In this document: positions 26,128 to 33,629 of the stretch, piece by piece
Layout of the letters: every line of letters begins with the position of its first letter
How positions within the stretch are numbered: position 1 is the first letter of the stretch
Source: a virus
Lineage: Duplodnaviria > Caudoviricetes
Direction: 5' to 3' (one strand)
DNA length: 35,781 bases
Virus record (IMG/VR): IMGVR_UViG_3300020045_009791
Location: 1 to 35,781 of that record
The notes under the pieces: generated by a model
What the model was told of the DNA's origin: nothing
The model's input: the letters and a program-made list of their open reading frames with translations, nothing else
Databases searched by the model: none
Translations under genes and position numbers: made by a program

Positions 26128-28352
26128 GGGGTGGCCTCAGGCACTTCAGACAAATCAGCTGCATCAAATGCGCACATGCCGCCGGTGCGGCCACGGAAGG
26201 TGACCATCCAGCGGTTTTCGCCGTCGATTTGCTGGGTGATGGTGCCTACTTTGCCGCAGTATTTGTGCTGGGTGAGGGGCAAACGGGCATGGTCGGGGGT
26301 GATGACTACGCGCATGTCCACAGCCAGAGCCGCACCCGCACCGCCCAGAGCGCAAGCGTCGGGTGGGGTGGACGTGGCTACTGGCTGGCTACAGGCGTTA
26401 CCTTCGTCGCTCTGCGCGGTAGCGCCTGGATTGGTATCCTGGGCTTGCAACGCGGCGGCTATTTGGGCCTGCGCCTGCGCAGCGGTGGTTTTTGTTTTTG
26501 GGCCTTTTGGCCCCCGCACCCCACCAGCTTGCGCAGCAGAGGGAAGGGGTAGAAGCGGTTTTGCAGGGGTGGATGGGGTGATTTTGAAGGCTTCTTTGTC
26601 CTGGCCGTCTGCCACCAGTGCGGCCAGCCAGCGGGGCATCAGGCCGCGACCGCTCCAGGTCTCGCCGTTGGGGCCGCGATAGCCGGTGGCGGTGATGTCG
26701 GTGCCTTTGAGCTGGGCTTTGAGGGCCTTGAGTTCGTCGGCATAGGTGTCACGCACGGCCGCAGCGGCTTCAGCTTCGACGCAATCCAGATCCACATTCA
26801 CCTCAAAAGCCAGCGCCTCGATCAGCGTGGGGTCTTCGATGTCGCCATAAAAATAGTCGGGGCAGTCGTCCAGCACCAGGTACAAGGCTAGCGCCTGATA
26901 CAACCTGCTGGAATCACACCGCTGCACATGCAGGCGCACCTGGGTGGTATGCATGTCGCTCAATTCACCGGCGTTCTTACTCTCTGGCTTGAGCAGGTCA
27001 AGGCCAAATACACGCGCCAGGTCAGTGTTTGACAATTCATCCACCTGACGCAGCCACCAGGCACGCAGCATATTGGCAGACAGCAGCTCACGCGCCACCT
27101 CCACTTTGTCCAGGTCATGCACTGCATCCGCCAGCGCCTCAAACGCATCAGCACGAAAACGCTTGGTGATGTCTTTTTGCGCTTTGTCCTGCAGGCGCTT
27201 GATGTCGGCCTCGATGTCGTTGGCGGGCTTTTGTTTGGCTTGCACGGCTTTGACCAGGCCGCGTGCCAGCAGCATGGCTTCGGCCTCTGCGGTGGGTACG
27301 GCGGCAATGAGTTCTTTGGTCCAGGGGTTTTCGATGAGGACGGCGGCGCCCAGGTCTTTGCCCAGCAGCTGGCCCAGGGTGGCGGGCTGGTCGGTGGTGG
27401 TGTCGGTGCGCTCTTGGGTGAGGGGGCTGTAGCCGTCGAGGTAGTTGCTGTGCTGGCTGCAGATGTCGCCAGCTTCGTCGCCGTCGATCAGGCGCATGCC
27501 GCGCTTGGCGGCGGTGTCGAGCACGCTACAGCGGTGGGCGGCTTCCTTTTCATGGAAGCAAACGGGGTCGGTGCAGATGTCTGCACCTTGCACGTCAGCA
27601 AACAGGTCGGGGTTGGCGCCGGTGCGTTTGGGGCAGGTGGTGCAGTTGCCCACGCCGATCACCAGGGTGGAGTCGGCGGGGTTGAAGGTGGCACGGTCCA
27701 GGCGCAGCATGACATTGGCTTGGAGCCAGTTTTGCAGGGCACGCACGCTGCAGGGTTGGCCGCCAAAGTCTGGGCGGGTGGCTTCTGCCAGGGCTTTGGT
27801 TTGCAGGGTGGTGTCTGGGATGCGGGCAATGAGCAGGGCACGGCTGGCGTCGATCTGGCCTTCGCGCAGGGCGTGTTTGCACTCTACGGACAGGTCAAGC
27901 AGTTTGAGGCGGCCATAGACGTAACTGCGGCTTTTGCCGATCTTGCTGCCCACGGCTTCGGCGGTGAGCTGGCTGGCTTGCATGAGGGTGTCATAGCCTT
28001 CGGCTTCTTCAAGTTCAGTGAGGTCGTCACGCTGCAAGTTTTCAACGAGCTGGATTTCAAGCACCTGGTGGTCGTCAAGGTCGCGCACCAGGGCGGGGAT
28101 GGTGGCCAGGCCTGCGAGTTGGCTGGCACGGTAGCGGCGCTCACCGGCGACGATCTCATGGGTGGTGCCACGGCTGGTATCGGCCACGCGGCTGCCGGGC
28201 AGGGGGCGCACCAGAATGGGCTGGTGCACGCCACTGGCTTTGATGGACTCGGCCAGCTCGGACAGCTTGACCGGGTTGAAGGTTTTGCGTGGGTTGGTGG
28301 TGCTGCTGACGATGGCAGACAGGGGCAGGGTGGCGAAGGTGTTGGTGGTCAT
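26124..28352 (-). CDS. ParB/Spo0J-family protein with Cys cluster, H-NS-type DNA-binding domain and C-terminal SH3/KOW-like domain
   Basis: Start 28352 after AGGAG. Motifs NPRKTF, GVHQPILVR, AGERRYRA, ENLQRDDL, CTTCPKRT..CTDPVC and YRGPNGETWSGRGLMPRWL. Confidence 0.88.
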   Translation of the reverse strand: MTTNTFATLPLSAIVSSTTNPRKTFNPVKLSELAESIKASGVHQPILVRPLPGSRVADTSRGTTHEIVAGERRYRASQLAGLATIPALVRDLDDHQVLEIQLVENLQRDDLTELEEAEGYDTLMQASQLTAEAVGSKIGKSRSYVYGRLKLLDLSVECKHALREGQIDASRALLIARIPDTTLQTKALAEATRPDFGGQPCSVRALQNWLQANVMLRLDRATFNPADSTLVIGVGNCTTCPKRTGANPDLFADVQGADICTDPVCFHEKEAAHRCSVLDTAAKRGMRLIDGDEAGDICSQHSNYLDGYSPLTQERTDTTTDQPATLGQLLGKDLGAAVLIENPWTKELIAAVPTAEAEAMLLARGLVKAVQAKQKPANDIEADIKRLQDKAQKDITKRFRADAFEALADAVHDLDKVEVARELLSANMLRAWWLRQVDELSNTDLARVFGLDLLKPESKNAGELSDMHTTQVRLHVQRCDSSRLYQALALYLVLDDCPDYFYGDIEDPTLIEALAFEVNVDLDCVEAEAAAAVRDTYADELKALKAQLKGTDITATGYRGPNGETWSGRGLMPRWLAALVADGQDKEAFKITPSTPAKPLLPLPSAAQAGGVRGPKGPKTKTTAAQAQAQIAAALQAQDTNPGATAQSDEGNACSQPVATSTPPDACALGGAGAALAVDMRVVITPDHARLPLTQHKYCGKVGTITQQIDGENRWMVTFRGRTGGMCAFDAADLSEVPEATP

Positions 28353-28371
28353 GGTGGTGGGCTCCTGGTGG

Positions 28372-28983
28372 CTAGGCCACGCGCCAGACGCGCACGGTGG
28401 CCGTGTCTGGGTAGCAGCGGGTCTTAAAGGTGCCGGTTTTGGCAGCGTGGGCACCGGTGACGCATTTGGACAGGGTGGCTTTGGCGCGGATGGGGAGCTG
28501 GGCGCTTTGGCCGGGCTTGAGCTTGGCAAGCAATGGCGTCCAGTCGGTGCGGCCGGTGCCGCGCTCGGGCAGGGGGATGTTGTCTTCAATCACGATGTCG
28601 TCAATGCCGGGCAACGGGGGCAGGGTGGCCCCGGCTTGGGTCAGGATGGCTTGCGGCTTTGTGGTGGCGGTTTTGCGGGGCCTGAGGGTGTTGGCGCGGT
28701 CGATGTCAATGCCGCCTGCACGGTCTGGGTCTGCACCAATGGCATTGAGGGTGGGCAGATTGGGGCCACGGCAGTAGATGTATTCGCCCTCGGATTGCAC
28801 GCGGCTGAGCAGGCCACTTTCAATGCAGCGGGACAGCAGGGTGTGCACGTTGCCGCGCACGGTGTCAAATTTGTCGGTGATGTCGTCCAGCCCCAGGGTT
28901 TCATCGGGGTTGTTGGTGAAAAAACCGCACATGTTGGATGCGAGGCTGCCAGCTTGGGGGGTGTAGGGTTTGTCATAGGCCAT
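28372..28983 (-). CDS. Hypothetical, probable DNA-binding protein
   Basis: 203 aa with RBS AGGAG, a winged-helix-like N-terminus and an IEDNIPLP...VRVWRV C-terminal domain. Confidence 0.7.
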   Translation of the reverse strand: MAYDKPYTPQAGSLASNMCGFFTNNPDETLGLDDITDKFDTVRGNVHTLLSRCIESGLLSRVQSEGEYIYCRGPNLPTLNAIGADPDRAGGIDIDRANTLRPRKTATTKPQAILTQAGATLPPLPGIDDIVIEDNIPLPERGTGRTDWTPLLAKLKPGQSAQLPIRAKATLSKCVTGAHAAKTGTFKTRCYPDTATVRVWRVA

Positions 28984-29007
28984 GGTGGGCTCCTGGTATG
29001 GGGTGGG

Positions 29008-29277
29008 TCAGCAGTGCACGCCGGGGTTGGTGATGTGGCGGTGGCCTGTGTTGCGCTGGTACACGTTGGTGGGTGGGGTGTAGGGGTCGCGCTTGAAGAG
29101 GTTGTCGGTGCTGGCTTGGGCGGTGGCCGGGGTGGTGGGCGTGGCGTAGGTGATGCGGTCTTGCTGGCGGCGCTGCACTTCGTCAAACGGTAAGCTGGCC
29201 TGCAGGGTGTGCTGGGCTTTGCGTGGGTTGATGGTGATGCCCACCTGGGGCTTTGGGGTGGCTTTGCGGGCGGTCAT
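29008..29277 (-). CDS. Hypothetical protein
   Basis: 89 aa, overlapping-start coupling in the early operon. Confidence 0.6.
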   Translation of the reverse strand: MTARKATPKPQVGITINPRKAQHTLQASLPFDEVQRRQQDRITYATPTTPATAQASTDNLFKRDPYTPPTNVYQRNTGHRHITNPGVHC

Positions 29278-29471
29278 GAGGACACCTTAGGAGATTTGCA
29301 GTCGATGCCCAGCTTGGCTTTGATGCCCCATTCGCGGTTGGTGCGCAGCATGATTTCAAGGGCTGCGAGTTGCGCGGGGCTCAAGGGGTGACCTACGGCG
29401 GGGACAAAGCTGCTGTGAATGGCCACGGTGTGGTCGGGCGTGTCGGTGAGGGTGAGGGTGATGCTTGGCAT
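29274..29471 (-). CDS. Hypothetical protein
   Basis: 65 aa, ITLTLTDT...SPAQ.AAL, coupled to the next gene. Confidence 0.6.
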   Translation of the reverse strand: MPSITLTLTDTPDHTVAIHSSFVPAVGHPLSPAQLAALEIMLRTNREWGIKAKLGIDCKSPKVSS

Positions 29472-29501
29472 GGGGTGTGCAGGTGGGTGATTTAGGTGTG
29501 A

Positions 29502-29840
29502 TCAGGGGAGCAGGGCGGCGGACAGGTAGGCCATGAGGGATGGCCCCCATGCTTTCCAGCTGTAGCCGCTGAAGGCGGAAATGAGGGCGATCCAGGCCAG
29601 CACAAACACACCGACAAAGCTGTAAAGCTTGATTTCATCGATTGGGCTGAGGGGCAGCCAGTCGTCGGCGTCCTTCAAAAGGGTGATGCACCCAGCCTCA
29701 GGGGGCACGGGGTTGCTGGCCAGCTCTTCAGGGGGGCTTAGTTCTGAGTCGACAAACCAGACGCTGCCGGTGGGGTTGGTGCTGCGGGCGGCACAGTTGG
29801 GGCCTTGCACGCAGCAGCCGTAGGCGTTGCAGCAGTTCAT
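29502..29840 (-). CDS. Hypothetical membrane protein with Cys-rich N-terminus
   Basis: MNCCNAYGCCVQGPNCAAR and a C-terminal TM helix. Confidence 0.65.
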   Translation of the reverse strand: MNCCNAYGCCVQGPNCAARSTNPTGSVWFVDSELSPPEELASNPVPPEAGCITLLKDADDWLPLSPIDEIKLYSFVGVFVLAWIALISAFSGYSWKAWGPSLMAYLSAALLP

Positions 29841-30130
29841 AAGGTGACCTTTGCGATGGTGATTGCTTTGGCGTCACTGCCGGTGCACTGGATGCTGTTG
29901 TCAGGCAGCACCTCGGCCGTGCCGTGGCCAGCACAGGCTTTTTGGGCGGCGCGTTGGAAGCGGGCCTGGTGGCGGGCTTCGCGGGTGGCGTCTTCGGCAG
30001 ACTGGACGGTGGCGGTGCGTGCCTGGGTGTCGGTGGGGCCATCAAGCAGGTGGCTGGCAGACAGCACGGCGGCAAAGACTGCGGCGCCAAGTGCGGCCAG
30101 CAGGGCGTTGAGGAGGCGGTGCGGGGTCAT
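29837..30130 (-). CDS. Hypothetical membrane-anchored protein
   Basis: 97 aa with an N-terminal hydrophobic helix, LDGP motif and a Cys pair. Confidence 0.65.
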   Translation of the reverse strand: MTPHRLLNALLAALGAAVFAAVLSASHLLDGPTDTQARTATVQSAEDATREARHQARFQRAAQKACAGHGTAEVLPDNSIQCTGSDAKAITIAKVTL

Positions 30131-30690
30131 GCCATGCTCCCTTCTTCTTGCTCAAACAGCGCTTTGTGGATGGCGCACAGGTGGGTGGCCTGGTAGATGG
30201 CGTCATCGAGGGCGTTGTGGTGGTGGCCTTCGCGCTCTACCTTGACAACGCGGGCGCCGGGCAGATTTTTATAGGTGCGGTAGCAGCGGGCGGCGTAGGG
30301 CTTCCACGGGGGCAACATGCCGCATTGCTTGTATGCATGGTTGAGCATGGGCAGATCAAAGTCGGCCCCATTGCTCCAGACGTTTGGCCTGCTGCCGGGC
30401 ATGGGGTCAATCCAGGCATACAGACCAACTAAAGCCACATTAAGCGTGCAGTTGTCACCGATAAAAACATCCTGAGCTTCTTTGCTTTGTTTCATCCACC
30501 AGGCTATGGTGTCGCCACTGATATGGCGATTTACCTGATGGTCAATGGTGATGACTTGGTAAAAAGTGTTATCAAGGTCATCAAAAACGCTGCCGCTTTC
30601 CAAATTGAACCGAACGGCGCCAATGCTGAGGATGACGCTGTCGGCAGTGGTGCCAAGGGTCTCCAGGTCAATCATGATGTCGTGGCTCAT
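30127..30690 (-). CDS. DEDDh 3'-5' exonuclease (DUF5051/ExoVIII N-terminal-like)
   Basis: Motifs IMIDLETLG, LSIGAV, WSNGADFD and HNALDDA. Confidence 0.92.
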   Translation of the reverse strand: MSHDIMIDLETLGTTADSVILSIGAVRFNLESGSVFDDLDNTFYQVITIDHQVNRHISGDTIAWWMKQSKEAQDVFIGDNCTLNVALVGLYAWIDPMPGSRPNVWSNGADFDLPMLNHAYKQCGMLPPWKPYAARCYRTYKNLPGARVVKVEREGHHHNALDDAIYQATHLCAIHKALFEQEEGSMA

Positions 30691-30932
30691 GCTGGCCACC
30701 CATATGGTTGCAGCGCCTGGATTGCATCGGCAATCAAGTGATCTGGCAGGTAGCTGTGTGAGCTGTGGGGCTTGACTTTGGGGTTATCGCACACCTCAAG
30801 CAGGATGGCGGCAAGGGCTGCGAGCAGGCGGCGCTCGCGCTCTGTTGTGGTGGCTGCGGTTGGTATTACGCAACGGCCACCGGTTTCGTCAGGGTTTGCG
30901 GCTGGTGGCGGCCAAGTTGGGGTAGTTTGCAC
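30687..30932 (-). CDS. Hypothetical protein, first gene of leftward early operon
   Basis: 81 aa, GTG start after AGGAG, HSSHSYLP motif. Confidence 0.6.
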   Translation of the reverse strand: MQTTPTWPPPAANPDETGGRCVIPTAATTTERERRLLAALAAILLEVCDNPKVKPHSSHSYLPDHLIADAIQALQPYGWPA

Positions 30933-30978
30933 TTTTCACTCCTGTGACCGCCTGAGGGTGGCGGGTTGGAGTAACGAT

Positions 30979-31016
30979 AACACATTACGTGTTAATGTGT
31001 AAACACAAATCGTGTC
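30979..31016 (-). promoter_or_regulatory. OL/PL-like operators
   Basis: AACAC-ATTAC-GTGTT (30979-30993) and AACAC-AAATC-GTGTC (31002-31016), the same dyad as in the cI-cro intergenic region. Confidence 0.8.
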
Positions 31017-31182
31017 TGTGTTGCAGAAATTTAGATTTCACCCACGTTTTGTTTTTTAGTGGCAGTGATATTCGGCAATTTAAGGGTGTGGGTAGAGTCG
31101 TAAAACCGTTGAAAATGGGAGTGCCCAAGATGTACACAGCGCAAGGTGACGGTGGGTAAAAAATGCAAAAAAAAGGGAGTGA

Positions 31183-31506
31183 GTGATGCGGTTTGTTTGT
31201 TTGCCTTTGATGGTGGCGGTGTTTGGGCTGATTTCGTGTGGCGGTGGCGGCGGTGACCCAGGGCAGTGCACGGGCAGCCCTGAGTGGTGTGCGCAAACGG
31301 GTGGCACGGGGTCTGGGCCGTCACTGGCGCCTGCGGTGCCTGCTTTGCCGCCTGTGTCTGCGCCAGTAGGTGTAGTGAGTGTGTTGACGGCAGTGTGTGC
31401 CGACATGACAAGCCTGGATATGGCTTTGCTGTACCTGCGGCTGGGTGCGGCTCAGCTGGACGCGGACAGCGATGGCAAGCCGTGCGAGAACGAATTTCCG
31501 CAGTAG
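31183..31506 (+). CDS. Lipoprotein with Excalibur calcium-binding domain
   Basis: Signal peptide with lipobox LISC, poly-Gly linker, and a C-terminal C.D...LDADSDGKPCE motif. Confidence 0.8.
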   Translation: MMRFVCLPLMVAVFGLISCGGGGGDPGQCTGSPEWCAQTGGTGSGPSLAPAVPALPPVSAPVGVVSVLTAVCADMTSLDMALLYLRLGAAQLDADSDGKPCENEFPQ

Positions 31507-31526
31507 CCCGCCAAGGGGTTGGCGGG
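31507..31526. terminator. Hairpin between convergent genes
   Basis: CCCGCCAA-GGGG-TTGGCGGG with no strong U-tract. Confidence 0.5.
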
Positions 31527-31544
31527 TGTACCTAGCGGTGTTGC

Positions 31545-32030
31545 TTACTCAAATTTGGTGACGGGTTGGTTTGAGCAGCGGCCCACACTTGGGGCGTGCT
31601 TGACGGTGTGGATGCTTGCGTTGGCCTGATGGTATTCAACCAGGACGCCAATGCTTGGGTAGGTGGCCGATTGGATGCATTGCCCACGCACTTGAAATAG
31701 GCTTGTTTTAAAAAGTTCGCTTACCCGAGTTTGGAATTTGGCGTCTGGGTGGGAGTAGGGGTGTGTGATGGTGTTGTTGATCATCATCATGTTGGCCTGT
31801 TGCCCGACCTCGCTTTGTTTCATGCACAGTGGATCGTCAAAAACTAGCGTTGCTGTTTTGTTGGGCGATGTTTGAAAGTATTGGACGCGCTGCTCGGTGG
31901 TTTGGGTGTACCAGCATTTACCACCCCGGTCGTTTTGGATGTAGCCCTTGGGTTGGCCTAGGGGTAGCCCTTGGGCCGCGCTCAACTGGGTAAAAAAACA
32001 AATGAATACGGCAGCGATTAATATTTTCAT
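31545..32030 (-). CDS. Secreted/periplasmic hypothetical protein (moron)
   Basis: 161 aa with a Sec signal peptide (MKILIAAVFICFFTQLSAA) and four Cys in the mature part. Downstream of cI. Confidence 0.75.
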   Translation of the reverse strand: MKILIAAVFICFFTQLSAAQGLPLGQPKGYIQNDRGGKCWYTQTTEQRVQYFQTSPNKTATLVFDDPLCMKQSEVGQQANMMMINNTITHPYSHPDAKFQTRVSELFKTSLFQVRGQCIQSATYPSIGVLVEYHQANASIHTVKHAPSVGRCSNQPVTKFE

Positions 32031-32140
32031 ATCAGTCTTTGGTGATTTTGACCAAGGTCAAGGTATTTAAGATTAACGCGGAATTTCCCCCACATGGGGG
32101 ATTCAAGCAATTGGTGTTACCAGATAGAGTGAGGTGCGGG

Positions 32141-32581
32141 CTAGGTTCCGCTTCGCATTTTCCGGGCACGCAGGATTGCCCCGGCAATAAGATTTTCAAA
32201 TTCTTCGCGGTCTTTGGTGCCAAGCAGCATCCAGTCGGCATGGTCAAAAAGTTCAAATGGCCAGATTGTCTGGGTATTGACTGAATAAAGCGGGCTGCCT
32301 TGTGGCTCTGCGGTGTTTGATTTGCCTTGAGCGCGAGTTACGTCAATTTGTTGGGGCAAAAACGGTACTTGGTCGGTGTCTGGGCCGTTCATGAGCCAAT
32401 CAACTGACACACTGAGGATGCGCGCGATTTCGCCTATTTTGTTGCCACCACTACCACCCACACGGTTTTCAAGATTACCGATTGCAGATTGATTTTTGTA
32501 ACCAGCGGCCAGCGCCAGTGTTTCCGCAGACCAGTGTTTGGCGTTGCGCGCTTGTTTGATGCGTTCACCAATTGTTTTCAT
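32141..32581 (-). CDS. cI: CI-like repressor (XRE HTH) without S24 peptidase domain
   Basis: MKTIGERIKQAR...QSAIGNLEN...SVDWLMNG, divergent from cro, 146 aa. Confidence 0.88.
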   Translation of the reverse strand: MKTIGERIKQARNAKHWSAETLALAAGYKNQSAIGNLENRVGGSGGNKIGEIARILSVSVDWLMNGPDTDQVPFLPQQIDVTRAQGKSNTAEPQGSPLYSVNTQTIWPFELFDHADWMLLGTKDREEFENLIAGAILRARKMRSGT

Positions 32582-32593
32582 AGCGCCCTATTG

Positions 32594-32649
32594 AACACAA
32601 AAAGTGTCAACACGTGGTGTTGATCTGTTAACACGAATCGTGTTATGCT
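32594..32649. promoter_or_regulatory. OR/PR-PRM-like switch region
   Basis: AACAC-N5-GTGTY at 32594-32608 and 32630-32644, with a variant at 32609-32621. TTGATC...TGTTATGCT promoter just before the cro ATG. Confidence 0.8.
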
Positions 32650-32655
32650 GACGGC

Positions 32656-32955
32656 ATGAAAAAAACTGAAGTACCAGACGTTGACAGTGTTCACCCACTT
32701 GATACGGTATGCAAGATGGTGGGTGGACGCGCAATTTTGGCTAAAAGCCTTGATGTTTCCGTGGCTGCCGTTGGCAACTGGAAGCACCGAGGTGTACCGA
32801 TTGAAAAATGCCCAGCCATCGAGCGTATGGGTCAGCCTATCGTGACGCGGCGTGAACTGCGGCCCGACGACTGGCAAGTAATCTGGCCCGAGCTGGCTCA
32901 AGCCACCGCCAATCAAGCGCAGGCAGCTACTCAAAACACAGCTCAGGGGGTCTAA
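32656..32955 (+). CDS. cro: Cro-like protein (YdaS family)
   Basis: GGRAILAKSLDVSVAAVGNWK...CPAIE...ELRPDDWQVIWPEL. Confidence 0.88.
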   Translation: MKKTEVPDVDSVHPLDTVCKMVGGRAILAKSLDVSVAAVGNWKHRGVPIEKCPAIERMGQPIVTRRELRPDDWQVIWPELAQATANQAQAATQNTAQGV

Positions 32956-33239
32956 ATGCAGGCCTCTCCATTGCGTGAGTTGTTGAAAAGTCGTCGCGCC
33001 ATTGTGCGCGCCCGCATCCAAACCCTTATCGCTTCTACCCCCCACCGCACACGCCAGGCCCGTCTGGTTGGCTGTATCTCTCCCGCAGTCTGTGGTGTGG
33101 CCCGCAAGGGTCATAGCGGTTTGCCTGATGGCAGGGTGGGGGGTGGTTTTTTTGATGGTGGCGGTATGCATGTTGCGTATCGTCGTTTTTTTTGTGCGCT
33201 TGAGCTACTCAACAGCTCTCAACAATGTTGTGAGGCTCC

Positions 33240-33611
33240 ATGAACCAAGTCGCTTTACCTGTGGATGTGCGCCCCGAAGAGATTGCTCGCAAGGGGAGCC
33301 TGGGTGCATCGATTGAGCTTTGCGCAGAGTTGGCTGGGTTTGCGCTTGACAAGGAATTGTCGGGCGCCCTGGGGGTAGATAAGGCCCAGTTCAGCCGATG
33401 GACTTCAGGCACCGAGGGCATCGTGTGGCCCAAGTTTGTCAAGCTGATGGATGCTTGCGGCAATGATGCCCCGCTGCTGTGGATGCTGGCTCAGCGTGGG
33501 TATGACTTGCATAGCCTTCGCAAGCTGGAAAGCGAGACTGAGCAGCAAAACAGGCTGCTGCGCGAAGAGGTTGCCGCACTGCGCCGCGTGCTGCTGGCGA
33601 CACCCAAATAA
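33240..33611 (+). CDS. CII-like regulatory protein
   Basis: HTH (DKELSGALGVDKAQFSRW), CGNDAPLLW and a C-terminal coiled coil. Lies between cro and the replication gene. Confidence 0.7.
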   Translation: MNQVALPVDVRPEEIARKGSLGASIELCAELAGFALDKELSGALGVDKAQFSRWTSGTEGIVWPKFVKLMDACGNDAPLLWMLAQRGYDLHSLRKLESETEQQNRLLREEVAALRRVLLATPK

Positions 33612-33629
33612 CCCTGAGCCTGTTTGTCG

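Noticed and set aside
28353-28589. N-terminal extension of the ParB ORF
   Set aside because: It overlaps gene 28372..28983 in another frame, and a good RBS precedes ATG 28352.
27117-29193. Long plus-strand ORFs (436 aa, 343 aa) and similar antisense ORFs elsewhere, such as 7871..9022
   Set aside because: Shadow ORFs opposite well-supported genes in GC-rich DNA, with no motifs.
32032-32256. 74-aa minus ORF as a frameshifted C-terminal part of CI
   Set aside because: No S24 Ser/Lys motifs in this frame, and CI ends in a plausible helical domain.
32956-33243. 95-aa ORF between cro and the CII-like gene
   Set aside because: No RBS or recognisable motif and several competing frames. It may be real but I cannot support it.
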